Positions 35,227 to 43,004 are shown, numbered from the stretch's first letter. The stretch is 47,411 nt of DNA from Patescibacteria group bacterium (GCA_030917445.1 JAUPUR010000016.1:1-47411); one strand, 5' to 3'. The notes: a model not told the origin generated them from the sequence alone. Program-made: numbers and translations.

Positions 35227-36151
35227 TTATTTAAGACTTCTCCGTCCTCGACAATGGATTAAAAATCTAGCAGTATTTGCTGCCATTACTTTCAATGGTC
35301 AACTATTTAATATTGTGACACTTGAACAGGTCTTTGCAGGCTTTATTGTTTTTTGTGCAACATCAAGCGCGATCTATGTTATCAACGATATTTTTGATAT
35401 TGAGAAAGATAGACTACATCCTTTTAAAAAATTTAGACCTCTAGCAAATGGAGACATCCCAATCCCAGTGGCACTAGTAATTGCTCTTGTTTTGGGAACA
35501 AGTGCTGTCATTGCAAGTTATTTTATTTCAGAAGCATTCTTTCTTATTACTCTTGTCTATTTAATCCTACAGTTATCATATTCAATTGTTCTTAAAAATA
35601 TTGCGGTAATCGATATTCTTGCACTCGCTGGAGGATATATACTTCGAGTGTGGGCTGGAGAATTTTTAAGTGGATTTCATATTTCAGTTTGGTTATTGCT
35701 GACTGCAATTTCACTCTCGCTCTTTCTCGCTATAGGAAAAAGACGATCTGAACTTACCCTTGTTTCGCAGCACTCAAGTGCGCATATAGCAGCAATGAGA
35801 AAATCATTGTCACATTATTCAGAAAGACTTCTTGATGTTTATGCATCAATTTTTGCGACATCTACGTTTATCTCATACTCACTTTTTACGTTTCTTGAAA
35901 ATTCACGACGTTTTTCAATAACTAATGATTTTCTTTTTCCGGACTTTCTTCCCGGTTACCTTCAAAGAAAATGGCTAATGATAACAATTATTCCAGTAGT
36001 ATATGGACTGATGAGATATTTACAGGATATTTACGAAAAACATGAGGGAGAAAGTCCTGACAAAGTACTTCTTTCTGACAAACCTCTTTTAGCTACAGTT
36101 ATTACATGGATAGTCATGGTAATTGTCATTATTTATATTATCCAAGCCTGA
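35207..36151 (+). CDS. UbiA-superfamily prenyl-phosphate phosphoribosyltransferase (decaprenyl-phosphate phosphoribosyltransferase-like)
   Basis: LRPRQWIKNLAVFAA and NDIFDIEKDRLHPFKKFRPLANG match the DPPR-synthase (Rv3806c-type) signature. The start overlaps the WecA-like gene by 20 nt. Confidence 0.72.
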   Translation: MKKTFRDYLRLLRPRQWIKNLAVFAAITFNGQLFNIVTLEQVFAGFIVFCATSSAIYVINDIFDIEKDRLHPFKKFRPLANGDIPIPVALVIALVLGTSAVIASYFISEAFFLITLVYLILQLSYSIVLKNIAVIDILALAGGYILRVWAGEFLSGFHISVWLLLTAISLSLFLAIGKRRSELTLVSQHSSAHIAAMRKSLSHYSERLLDVYASIFATSTFISYSLFTFLENSRRFSITNDFLFPDFLPGYLQRKWLMITIIPVVYGLMRYLQDIYEKHEGESPDKVLLSDKPLLATVITWIVMVIVIIYIIQA

Positions 36152-37015
36152 TTATTCCTCTTTTCTCGCATATTGACTACTAATCCAACCTTCATCCCCA
36201 GTGGTTAATTTAATTTTGTACCAACCAGGAGCTTCATCTAAAATATCAAACGTATCACCTGGATTCACACGACCGATTTCATCAGAAGATGTTGATGCTG
36301 TTTGTCTAACTCTCAAAAATCCATTTGGTGTTTGAAGGATTGTTATTTTTGTAGGCAAAGAAACTGGAGTAATAGTGGCAGATGGAGAGGCTGTTGGACT
36401 CACTGTAGGCGTTGGCGTTGCGATAACACCATCTTCATCTACCCCGAGGTAAACTGATGCAACTAATTTATATCCATTTGGTGTGCGAATTCTTACTCTT
36501 TTTTCCGTGTAACCAGTTTTTTTAAGAATTATTTCATGATCAGACTCTGTAACATCTTTTAAAAGAATAGGTGAGAACCCCGATGGAGTATTATCAAGAA
36601 GGACTTCTGATTTATCTGGTTTCGAGATAACAAGTAGCTCCCTTTTGTTACCCTCCTTTAACGGCTCCAGAGTGATAATACTTCCTTCACTAGTTGCTCC
36701 TTTTCCAAATTTTCTATCAACAACTGTAAGTACTGATTTAGAAATTGTGATCTTTTCTTGAAACTCTGAAAATCCTCCAGAAAGAGGTACTATCCTTATT
36801 GTATACTCACCAGTTCTGAGCATATCTTTGGAGTCACATTTGCAAAGTGGAGTTTTTCCAATTGATTTTCCATTTATAAAAACCTCACTCTGAGGCGAAG
36901 ATGTCACCTGCAATGCTCCTTTTTCATTTCCTCTTAAAATAATTGACTGAACAATAAGAAAAGCAACCGAAGCAAAAATAAATGAAGGTATAAGAATAAG
37001 AAGAGCTTTTTTCAT
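36152..37015 (-). CDS. Anchored surface protein with two PEGA-like domains, PT linker and C-terminal SH3b-like domain
   Basis: Signal anchor, SSPQSEVFINGKSIGKTPL and SKPDKSEVLLDNTPSGFSP (PEGA-type). Linker TPTPTVSPTASPSATITP, then GFLRVRQ..GDTFDILDEAPGWYKIKL (SH3b). Confidence 0.7.
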   Translation of the reverse strand: MKKALLILIPSFIFASVAFLIVQSIILRGNEKGALQVTSSPQSEVFINGKSIGKTPLCKCDSKDMLRTGEYTIRIVPLSGGFSEFQEKITISKSVLTVVDRKFGKGATSEGSIITLEPLKEGNKRELLVISKPDKSEVLLDNTPSGFSPILLKDVTESDHEIILKKTGYTEKRVRIRTPNGYKLVASVYLGVDEDGVIATPTPTVSPTASPSATITPVSLPTKITILQTPNGFLRVRQTASTSSDEIGRVNPGDTFDILDEAPGWYKIKLTTGDEGWISSQYARKEE

Positions 37016-37065
37016 TGATAATACAGAGTAGTACTATACCAGATGGTTCATGCTTCGTAAATAAT

Positions 37066-39324
37066 TTAAGCTTTCACAATACCAAAAACCTCAATCTCTC
37101 CACCACAGTACTTTATTATCCTGTCACATGCATCTTTAAGTGTCTTTTCTATTTGATCTGGAGAGATATCATATATTCCATCTACATTTACATAAAGATT
37201 TTTTGTCTCAAGTGTGACTGCAGTTCTTTTACTATCTCGGAAATTGAAATCGATATTATATCCACCAACTTTATCAAAATAAGCGATCTCTGTTGATTTA
37301 TACGAAGTCTCTTCCGAATCACCTAAAAGCTCTATTTTCTCTCCCTCTTGTGCAAATCTTAAAACTGTAGGGAAAAGTATAGAGTCAAAATCAAACGCTC
37401 CTATGGAAATTTTACTTTCAAGTACCACCATATTATATGCATCAACACAGGTATTAACGGTGTAGAGACCTTTTCCTGTCGCCAACCGTCTCAGAAGAGC
37501 TTCAGGGGACGGTCTTCGAGAATGATAATCAATTCCCATTTCTTTATAAAGTTTTCTATATTGCAATACCTCAGGAATTGTATTTATATCTTCAGTTGTA
37601 AGTGAAGAAAATGAACTCACTATTCTTTCTTTTTCTTCTTCTAAGTTTTTATCTATCTTTTCAATTGTGACACCTTTAATAACTGCAATACCTACTGATA
37701 TACTTGGAAATTTCTCAGAAACTTTCTGATCTATATGAAAATATCCTGTGTTTTTTAAAAGTGTTATCGGTGCATCGTTATTTTGCTTTAAAGATATATT
37801 CGAAACATCCTCAAATCGGGAACGAACAAAATCTTTATCAAGTGATAAGATAAGCCAACCTGCTTTTGGCCCATGTGATTTCCCAAGCAACGCCTGATAT
37901 AAAGCACCAAATGCATCTTTAGATGGAACATTTAATTCCTTTGACTTTTCATAAATTGCTTTTTGAAATGATTCAGGATCCCATTCTTCTAGCATCATGT
38001 CACTAACTTCTTTAAGAAATTTCTTTTGTAAATCATTCAAATCTTTCGCAGAAAGGGGGATCTCTTTTTGCACGGTAAATTTCTCATTTTCAGAAGCAAA
38101 TCTATCAACCCAAATACGCGCATATTTTGCCCATTCTTCGAGACCTTCTTTCTCAATATATGACTTCATATTAGGCATCTGGACAAACTGTGCTAGTGCT
38201 GAAAAACGGATTTGGGGAGGAAGTGTAATACTTTCATTCACCTGAGAAAGCTCAAAGATTCTTGCCATTTCCTCATCTGAATTTGACTCGTAAGCCAAAG
38301 CATATCTTTGGTATTCGTCAAAAAGTTTTGGGATCACATCTGGTTCATATGGATCAAAATTAGTTTGTTTTCTAATATCCATTTTAACAATTAAAAATCT
38401 GACAAGTTCTGGCGGAAGGATTTCTACCATATCAGCAGCAGCAAAACCACGACCTTTTGAAGATGACATTTTTTTACCTCCAATCAACATAAACTCATAA
38501 CTAACGGGGTAGGGTACATCATAATGGAATACTCTCTCACAAAAAAGTTTTGCCATATCATGTGATCCACCGGCACTCATATGATCTTTTCCAGCTCCTT
38601 CAACAGTTACACCAATTGCTTGCCACTTAGCTGGCCACTCAACTTTCCATGGAAGCTTTCCTCTCATCTCTAATTCGTCACTAAAGGGTGATACCTTACC
38701 TTCGTATCCACAACCCTTAGTCCACTCTGTTGCATCGACTGGACATCTATAAAAGACTTTTTCACCATCCCAATTAAAAACTCTTGTTGTTGAAACTTTC
38801 TGGCAATTTTCACAGTACACCTGAAAGGGATACCAATCAGATGGAAGATCTTTTTTATACATCTCTTTATAGATCTTTCTTATTTCCTCAGCGTTATCAA
38901 GAACAACTTTTATTCCAGGATTCATTTTCCCTGAGGTATACAGATCTTTAGTCCAAATTATTTCAGGATGGCAACCAATTTTGTTAAATGCTCCTTTAAA
39001 CTCATACGCATAATACTCAGCAAAATCTTTATACCCATCTACTGGAGATGGAATTTTGTATAAAGGCATACCTAAATATTTTTCAAAAATCTCTCGAGGT
39101 AAATAAGAAGGGATATCATCCATCGGATCGTGATTTTCAAAAACGTATGTATATTTTGTATTTACTCCTGCATCTTTAAGTGATTTATAAACGAGGTCAT
39201 GAAAAACAACACCAAGTAACGATCCTACGTGAACTCTTCCTGAGGGTGTTTTCATATCATCTACCCACTCAAGTGGTAAATTTCTTTTCTTTAATTGTTG
39301 TGCTACTTCGTCTGCCCAAAACAT
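37066..39324 (-). CDS. lysK: Class I lysine--tRNA ligase fused to a C-terminal B3/B4 (PheRS-beta editing-domain-like, COG3382-type) domain
   Basis: Class I LysRS: TPSGRVHVGSLLG (HIGH-type), KMSSSKG (KMSKS), ~525 aa. The extra ~225 aa read IPEVLQYRKLYKEMGIDYHSRRPSPEALLRRL..LYTVNTCVDAYNMVVLESKISIGAFDFD..FRDSKRTAVT. The ORF-track start at 39369 is TTG, and the first ATG is at 39324. Confidence 0.88.
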   Translation of the reverse strand: MFWADEVAQQLKKRNLPLEWVDDMKTPSGRVHVGSLLGVVFHDLVYKSLKDAGVNTKYTYVFENHDPMDDIPSYLPREIFEKYLGMPLYKIPSPVDGYKDFAEYYAYEFKGAFNKIGCHPEIIWTKDLYTSGKMNPGIKVVLDNAEEIRKIYKEMYKKDLPSDWYPFQVYCENCQKVSTTRVFNWDGEKVFYRCPVDATEWTKGCGYEGKVSPFSDELEMRGKLPWKVEWPAKWQAIGVTVEGAGKDHMSAGGSHDMAKLFCERVFHYDVPYPVSYEFMLIGGKKMSSSKGRGFAAADMVEILPPELVRFLIVKMDIRKQTNFDPYEPDVIPKLFDEYQRYALAYESNSDEEMARIFELSQVNESITLPPQIRFSALAQFVQMPNMKSYIEKEGLEEWAKYARIWVDRFASENEKFTVQKEIPLSAKDLNDLQKKFLKEVSDMMLEEWDPESFQKAIYEKSKELNVPSKDAFGALYQALLGKSHGPKAGWLILSLDKDFVRSRFEDVSNISLKQNNDAPITLLKNTGYFHIDQKVSEKFPSISVGIAVIKGVTIEKIDKNLEEEKERIVSSFSSLTTEDINTIPEVLQYRKLYKEMGIDYHSRRPSPEALLRRLATGKGLYTVNTCVDAYNMVVLESKISIGAFDFDSILFPTVLRFAQEGEKIELLGDSEETSYKSTEIAYFDKVGGYNIDFNFRDSKRTAVTLETKNLYVNVDGIYDISPDQIEKTLKDACDRIIKYCGGEIEVFGIVKA

Positions 39325-39349
39325 GTGCTTTATTATAAGTGATTGCTCG

Positions 39350-40315
39350 CTATTTCGAAAGTTTTTCAAAACCTTTCAAAAATGATGTTGCCATCTCCCC
39401 TAAATCACTTATATTGTATCCTCCTTCCTGAACAAGTAGAGTCGGTACTTTTAATGTTGAGATGTCTTCAGCCATCGATTGATAATATGGTATTGTTAAT
39501 TGAAATCCCCCAATTGGATCGTGTTCGTATGTGTCAAATCCTAAAGACACAATGAGATAATCGGGTTTAAATATCCGAATATCTGAAAGAGCACGCTGTA
39601 AAAATTTCTGATATTTTTGAGGTGTCGTTCCCAACGGAAGAGGATAATTCATTGTATACCCTTCTCCCTCTCCCCGTCCTTTTTCATCACTAAAACCTGA
39701 ACTATATGGGAATTTTACTTTTGGATCTGCATGAATTGAAACGTACAATACATCTGATCTGTCGTAAAAAAGATTTTGTGTTCCATTTCCGTGATGGAAA
39801 TCGACGTCAAGAATTGCTACTTTTCCATGTTGTGCTAAATAATGCGCTGCAATCGCGGCATTATTAAAGTAACAATAACCCCCCATCATTTTTTGCTCAG
39901 CGTGATGACCAGGAGGTCGACAAAGTGAATAAACAATATTCTCACCACCGATAATGAGTTCTGCTCCTGTTAACGCAACATTGACAGAACTATATGCTGC
40001 ACCATAAGTGCCTGCAGTAATAGGAGAGTATGTATCCATTATAAAATATGAGGGATACAATATCTCGTCATCACGTAATCTTTTTGACCTTGTTCTGACA
40101 AAATCAACATATACTTTTTGATGAAGCGCATGAATATGATCTAATGAAAATCTTCTTGGTGACATAAAAGACGTAAAATTATTATTTTTTAACGTCGTCA
40201 CTATTGACTCAATGCGATCAGCTTTTTCAGCGTACGACTCTTTAACCCCATCATATATCTCATATGGAGGATTATGTTCTTTATGTTTTTTTGTATAAAT
40301 AATTGGTAATTTCAT
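39350..40315 (-). CDS. Histone-deacetylase-family Zn amidohydrolase (protein-lysine or acetylpolyamine deacetylase)
   Basis: CRPPGHHA, DVDFHHGNGTQ, GFDTYEHDP. SD GGAGG lies 7 nt upstream of the ATG. Confidence 0.9.
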   Translation of the reverse strand: MKLPIIYTKKHKEHNPPYEIYDGVKESYAEKADRIESIVTTLKNNNFTSFMSPRRFSLDHIHALHQKVYVDFVRTRSKRLRDDEILYPSYFIMDTYSPITAGTYGAAYSSVNVALTGAELIIGGENIVYSLCRPPGHHAEQKMMGGYCYFNNAAIAAHYLAQHGKVAILDVDFHHGNGTQNLFYDRSDVLYVSIHADPKVKFPYSSGFSDEKGRGEGEGYTMNYPLPLGTTPQKYQKFLQRALSDIRIFKPDYLIVSLGFDTYEHDPIGGFQLTIPYYQSMAEDISTLKVPTLLVQEGGYNISDLGEMATSFLKGFEKLSK

Positions 40316-40359
40316 AAAATTTCCTCCTGCCAGCCGGCCGGACTGACAGTTCTCTGATA

Positions 40360-41394
40360 CTAGCTCCTTGTCATTCTTAGCATTGTATCAACTTGCACTG
40401 GGTCATAAAAGCTTTCTATGACATCCCGTGGCATATACATAAATGTGAAGTCACGAAGACTTCCTTCTGGGACATCTTGTCCATCGTTAACAAGAACATT
40501 TTGGACAATAATTTGAGGTGCACGCTCTCTACTTGGGACTATCAATCCTGCTCCTGCACCTGCACGATCTGATCGAGACTGAAAATTGCATTCAGCATAA
40601 ATAAGTGGCAATCCATTCCCTCCATGCCTAAAATCTGAAAGAATTCGACTATTAAGCATAGCGAGAGTCGCTGTCATAAGACCCCTTCCTGCATATTCAT
40701 CTCTTGTTCTCCATTCAGTATTTTCAACAAGATGAAGGTCACCTTCTCTCCCAGGGATTGATAATCTTTCAGCCATTGCTGCACTTACGATAGTACCATT
40801 ATCATGAACAGCACTAAACCAGACATCTCTATCAGTTGGGTCAGTTGTTCTAGATCCATCAAGCCTTCGCCTAAGTGCATCTACCTCATGTCTCTCCCAA
40901 CCAAAAGTCGGTCCCCAAAGACTATGTAATTGATCAACCTGATCCTCTTGAATAGAATCACTAAAATGTAGTCCGGATTCAACGACACTTCTTACCCTTT
41001 CAAGTGGATTACTCCGCATAACATCTGACTCCGTTGCTGATATCATCTGTTCTGTCGACGTTAATTGCTGCCTACTCGCTGAATTTTGTGCAAAATACAC
41101 TAAATATGCATTTTCTTGAGAAAATTCTTGGAGTGGTACAGCAACTTCTAATAAATGCTCAAACTCTGTTCCTGCAACAGCTTCAACAACTTCTTCACTT
41201 ACTACACCACGAAGTACCCCACGAGAAATCTGCGGATGATTTTCCACAATGGAGCTCACTCTCCTCACGTTTCTTCCGACTTCATCGAAACTTGAAGAAA
41301 AACGAGTAGCGTTTCCATAAATTCGATCATATGGTCTTCTTGTAACTCCAGCACTTCCTGTACTAGAAAATATTTGTTCTTTTTCTTGATTCAT
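40360..41394 (-). CDS. Hypothetical 344-aa protein, nearly lysine-free, C-terminal half GNAT-acyltransferase-like
   Basis: Strong SD AAAGGAGGTG with a 6-nt spacer before ATG 41394 (the ORF-track TTG at 41421 is unlikely). GNAT-like strand/helix pattern VHDNGTIVSAAMAERL..LHLVENTEWRTRDEYAGRGLMTATLAML..LIYAECNF..AGAGAGLIV. One Lys against roughly three dozen Arg. Confidence 0.75.
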   Translation of the reverse strand: MNQEKEQIFSSTGSAGVTRRPYDRIYGNATRFSSSFDEVGRNVRRVSSIVENHPQISRGVLRGVVSEEVVEAVAGTEFEHLLEVAVPLQEFSQENAYLVYFAQNSASRQQLTSTEQMISATESDVMRSNPLERVRSVVESGLHFSDSIQEDQVDQLHSLWGPTFGWERHEVDALRRRLDGSRTTDPTDRDVWFSAVHDNGTIVSAAMAERLSIPGREGDLHLVENTEWRTRDEYAGRGLMTATLAMLNSRILSDFRHGGNGLPLIYAECNFQSRSDRAGAGAGLIVPSRERAPQIIVQNVLVNDGQDVPEGSLRDFTFMYMPRDVIESFYDPVQVDTMLRMTRS

Positions 41395-41416
41395 ATTTTT
41401 CACCTCCTTTTTCAAA

Positions 41417-41444
41417 CACAAAAAAACCCCTTCTGAGAGGGGTT
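41417..41444 (-). terminator. Intrinsic-terminator-like hairpin B (AACCCCT-ctcaga-AGGGGTT + TTTTTgtgttt)
   Basis: 7-bp stem with a U-tract on the minus strand. It ends ~7 nt before the SD of the lysine-free ORF. Confidence 0.6.
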
Positions 41445-41455
41445 ACTTTTACACG

Positions 41456-41478
41456 AAAAAAGCCCCTCTTATGAGAGG
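41456..41478 (-). terminator. Weaker terminator-like hairpin A (CCTCT-cata-AGAGG ggc TTTTTT)
   Basis: 5-bp stem followed by a T6 run. Its 3' arm AGAGGGG can alternatively pair with CCCCTCT of hairpin B. Confidence 0.4.
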
Positions 41479-41516
41479 TTTTTCTTGTTTGCTACTAATG
41501 TAACACGTGTTTGCAT
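41469..41516 (-). other. Candidate 15-codon leader mini-ORF MQTRVTLVANKKNLS*
   Basis: The ATG is 9 nt downstream of a consensus -10 box. Two adjacent Lys codons (AAG AAA) lie just 5' of hairpin A. The stop TAA sits in the loop of hairpin A. Confidence 0.25.
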
Positions 41517-41525
41517 AAGAAATTT

Positions 41526-41553
41526 ATTATAGTCGAGAAATATTTTTTGTCAA
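41526..41553 (-). promoter_or_regulatory. Consensus sigma70-type promoter TTGACA-16-TATAAT, -35 overlapping the murB TGA stop
   Basis: Minus strand reads cTTGACAaaaaatatttctcgacTATAATaaatttcttATG. Both hexamers are perfect. Confidence 0.6.
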
Positions 41554-42518
41554 GTTGTCTCTTGAATCATTACTTCAGGAGTAGGATAAAACCCAAATGT
41601 TTGATGAAATGTATCTTTAATATCATTGATAATCTCTATGATATCTTCTGACCTTGCCTGACCTACATTCACGATATAATTTGAATGTTTTGGAGACACT
41701 TGTGCACCTCCGACCTTTTTCCCTGTGAAACCAAGTCTGTGGATAATATATCCCATGGAGATCTTTCCATGCCATTTTTCATCACTTATCTTCTTAACAT
41801 CCGGCCAAATACCTAGTATCGTGTCCACCTCATCCTTTTTAACAATATTCATATATACTGAACCGCAAGATGGATATTCCATTGGATGGTTTTTTTCACG
41901 ATATGCAATATTTTCATGATATGTCTGCCATGCTTTTTCTACTTCTTCTTTTGTTCCAGCTCGTAACTGAAAAGTAACTGATGTTATAAGAAATGAAGGA
42001 TTATCTTTAAAGATACTGTGTCTATAGGAAAAGCTGCACTCCTCATTCTTAAAGGTATATAGACGTTTATCATCTGATACATAATCAATTGATGATACTT
42101 CTAAAACAGTATTTCTTATCTCTGAACCAAATGCCCCAGCATTCCCCCTCACTGCACCTCCTACCGTACTTGGAAGGCCACCAGCCCACTCAAGGCCAAC
42201 CAAACCTTTTCTAAGTGCATACTGTAGAAGAGTGTCCATACTTTCACCTGCAAAAACTTTTATAACATCTTTACCAACAAGTTCACATCCAGAACCATCC
42301 CCATGTAACCATAAAACTAATCCATCAAACTGCTTATCGGAAAGAAGAAGATTTGCTCCCATTCCGAGGACAAGAAGATTCTCTATTTTATTGTCTTTTC
42401 TATACTCAAGTGCATTTCTTATATCTTGTTCAGACGTCACTTCAATAACAGTTTGTGCTTTACCACCAATACGATAATAAGAAAGAGAAGAAAGAGGAAT
42501 GTTATAATGCAGTTTCAT
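41550..42518 (-). CDS. murB: UDP-N-acetylenolpyruvoylglucosamine reductase
   Basis: FAD-binding YYRIGGKA, GMGANLL, GGAQVSPKHSNYIVN. 322 aa. Confidence 0.93.
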   Translation of the reverse strand: MKLHYNIPLSSLSYYRIGGKAQTVIEVTSEQDIRNALEYRKDNKIENLLVLGMGANLLLSDKQFDGLVLWLHGDGSGCELVGKDVIKVFAGESMDTLLQYALRKGLVGLEWAGGLPSTVGGAVRGNAGAFGSEIRNTVLEVSSIDYVSDDKRLYTFKNEECSFSYRHSIFKDNPSFLITSVTFQLRAGTKEEVEKAWQTYHENIAYREKNHPMEYPSCGSVYMNIVKKDEVDTILGIWPDVKKISDEKWHGKISMGYIIHRLGFTGKKVGGAQVSPKHSNYIVNVGQARSEDIIEIINDIKDTFHQTFGFYPTPEVMIQETT

Positions 42519-42536
42519 GTAATGAACTGTATTGTA

Positions 42537-43004
42537 CTACTTTACGGAGACGACTGTGTAGAGTACTTTTCCTGCAGGAGCTTCAACTTCAACTTGTTCA
42601 CCAATTTTTTTACCCATTAAAGCTTTGCCGAGAGGAGACTCATGTGAAATCTTTTTTTCTGCAGGATCTGCTTCCCACTCTCCAACAAGTCTATAAACTT
42701 CTTCTTTGCCATTAATATGAATTGTTACTTCAGATCCAAGCACAACACTAGCGTGTTCCCCATTGTTTTCTTCAATAATCTGTACTTGCTTGAGCATTTC
42801 TTCAAGTTCGTCAATTCTACCATCAATAAATGCAAGTTCTTCTCTTGCTGCTGAGTACTCAGCGTTTTCAGAAAGATCTCCTTGATTTCGCGCATCAGAG
42901 ACTCTTACTACCACTTCCGGGCGTTTTATTTTAGCAAGTTCTTCATGCTCTTTTTTTAACTCTTCAAGTCCATCTTTTGTGAGGTATATTTTTTTAGAAT
43001 CCAT
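42537..43004 (-). CDS. greA: Transcription elongation factor GreA
   Basis: YLTKDGLEELKKEHEEL...GDLSENAEYSAAREELAFIDGRIDELE coiled coil plus a C-terminal FKBP-like domain. Confidence 0.95.
   Translation of the reverse strand: MDSKKIYLTKDGLEELKKEHEELAKIKRPEVVVRVSDARNQGDLSENAEYSAAREELAFIDGRIDELEEMLKQVQIIEENNGEHASVVLGSEVTIHINGKEEVYRLVGEWEADPAEKKISHESPLGKALMGKKIGEQVEVEAPAGKVLYTVVSVK

Noticed and set aside
36149-36154. Convergent genes (UbiA-like on plus, PEGA protein on minus) with directly abutting stop codons (TGA|TTA) and no terminator.
   Set aside because: This is a real observation, but it is typical of extremely compact genomes. There is no structure or element to interpret beyond possible transcript overlap.
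40334-40341. GC palindrome CCGGCCGG after the lysine-free ORF, considered as a terminator or recombination site.
   Set aside because: It cannot form a hairpin with a loop, has no flanking arms beyond 8 bp and no T-tract. The HDAC SD follows directly. It is retained only as a compositional oddity of that gene's 3' flank.
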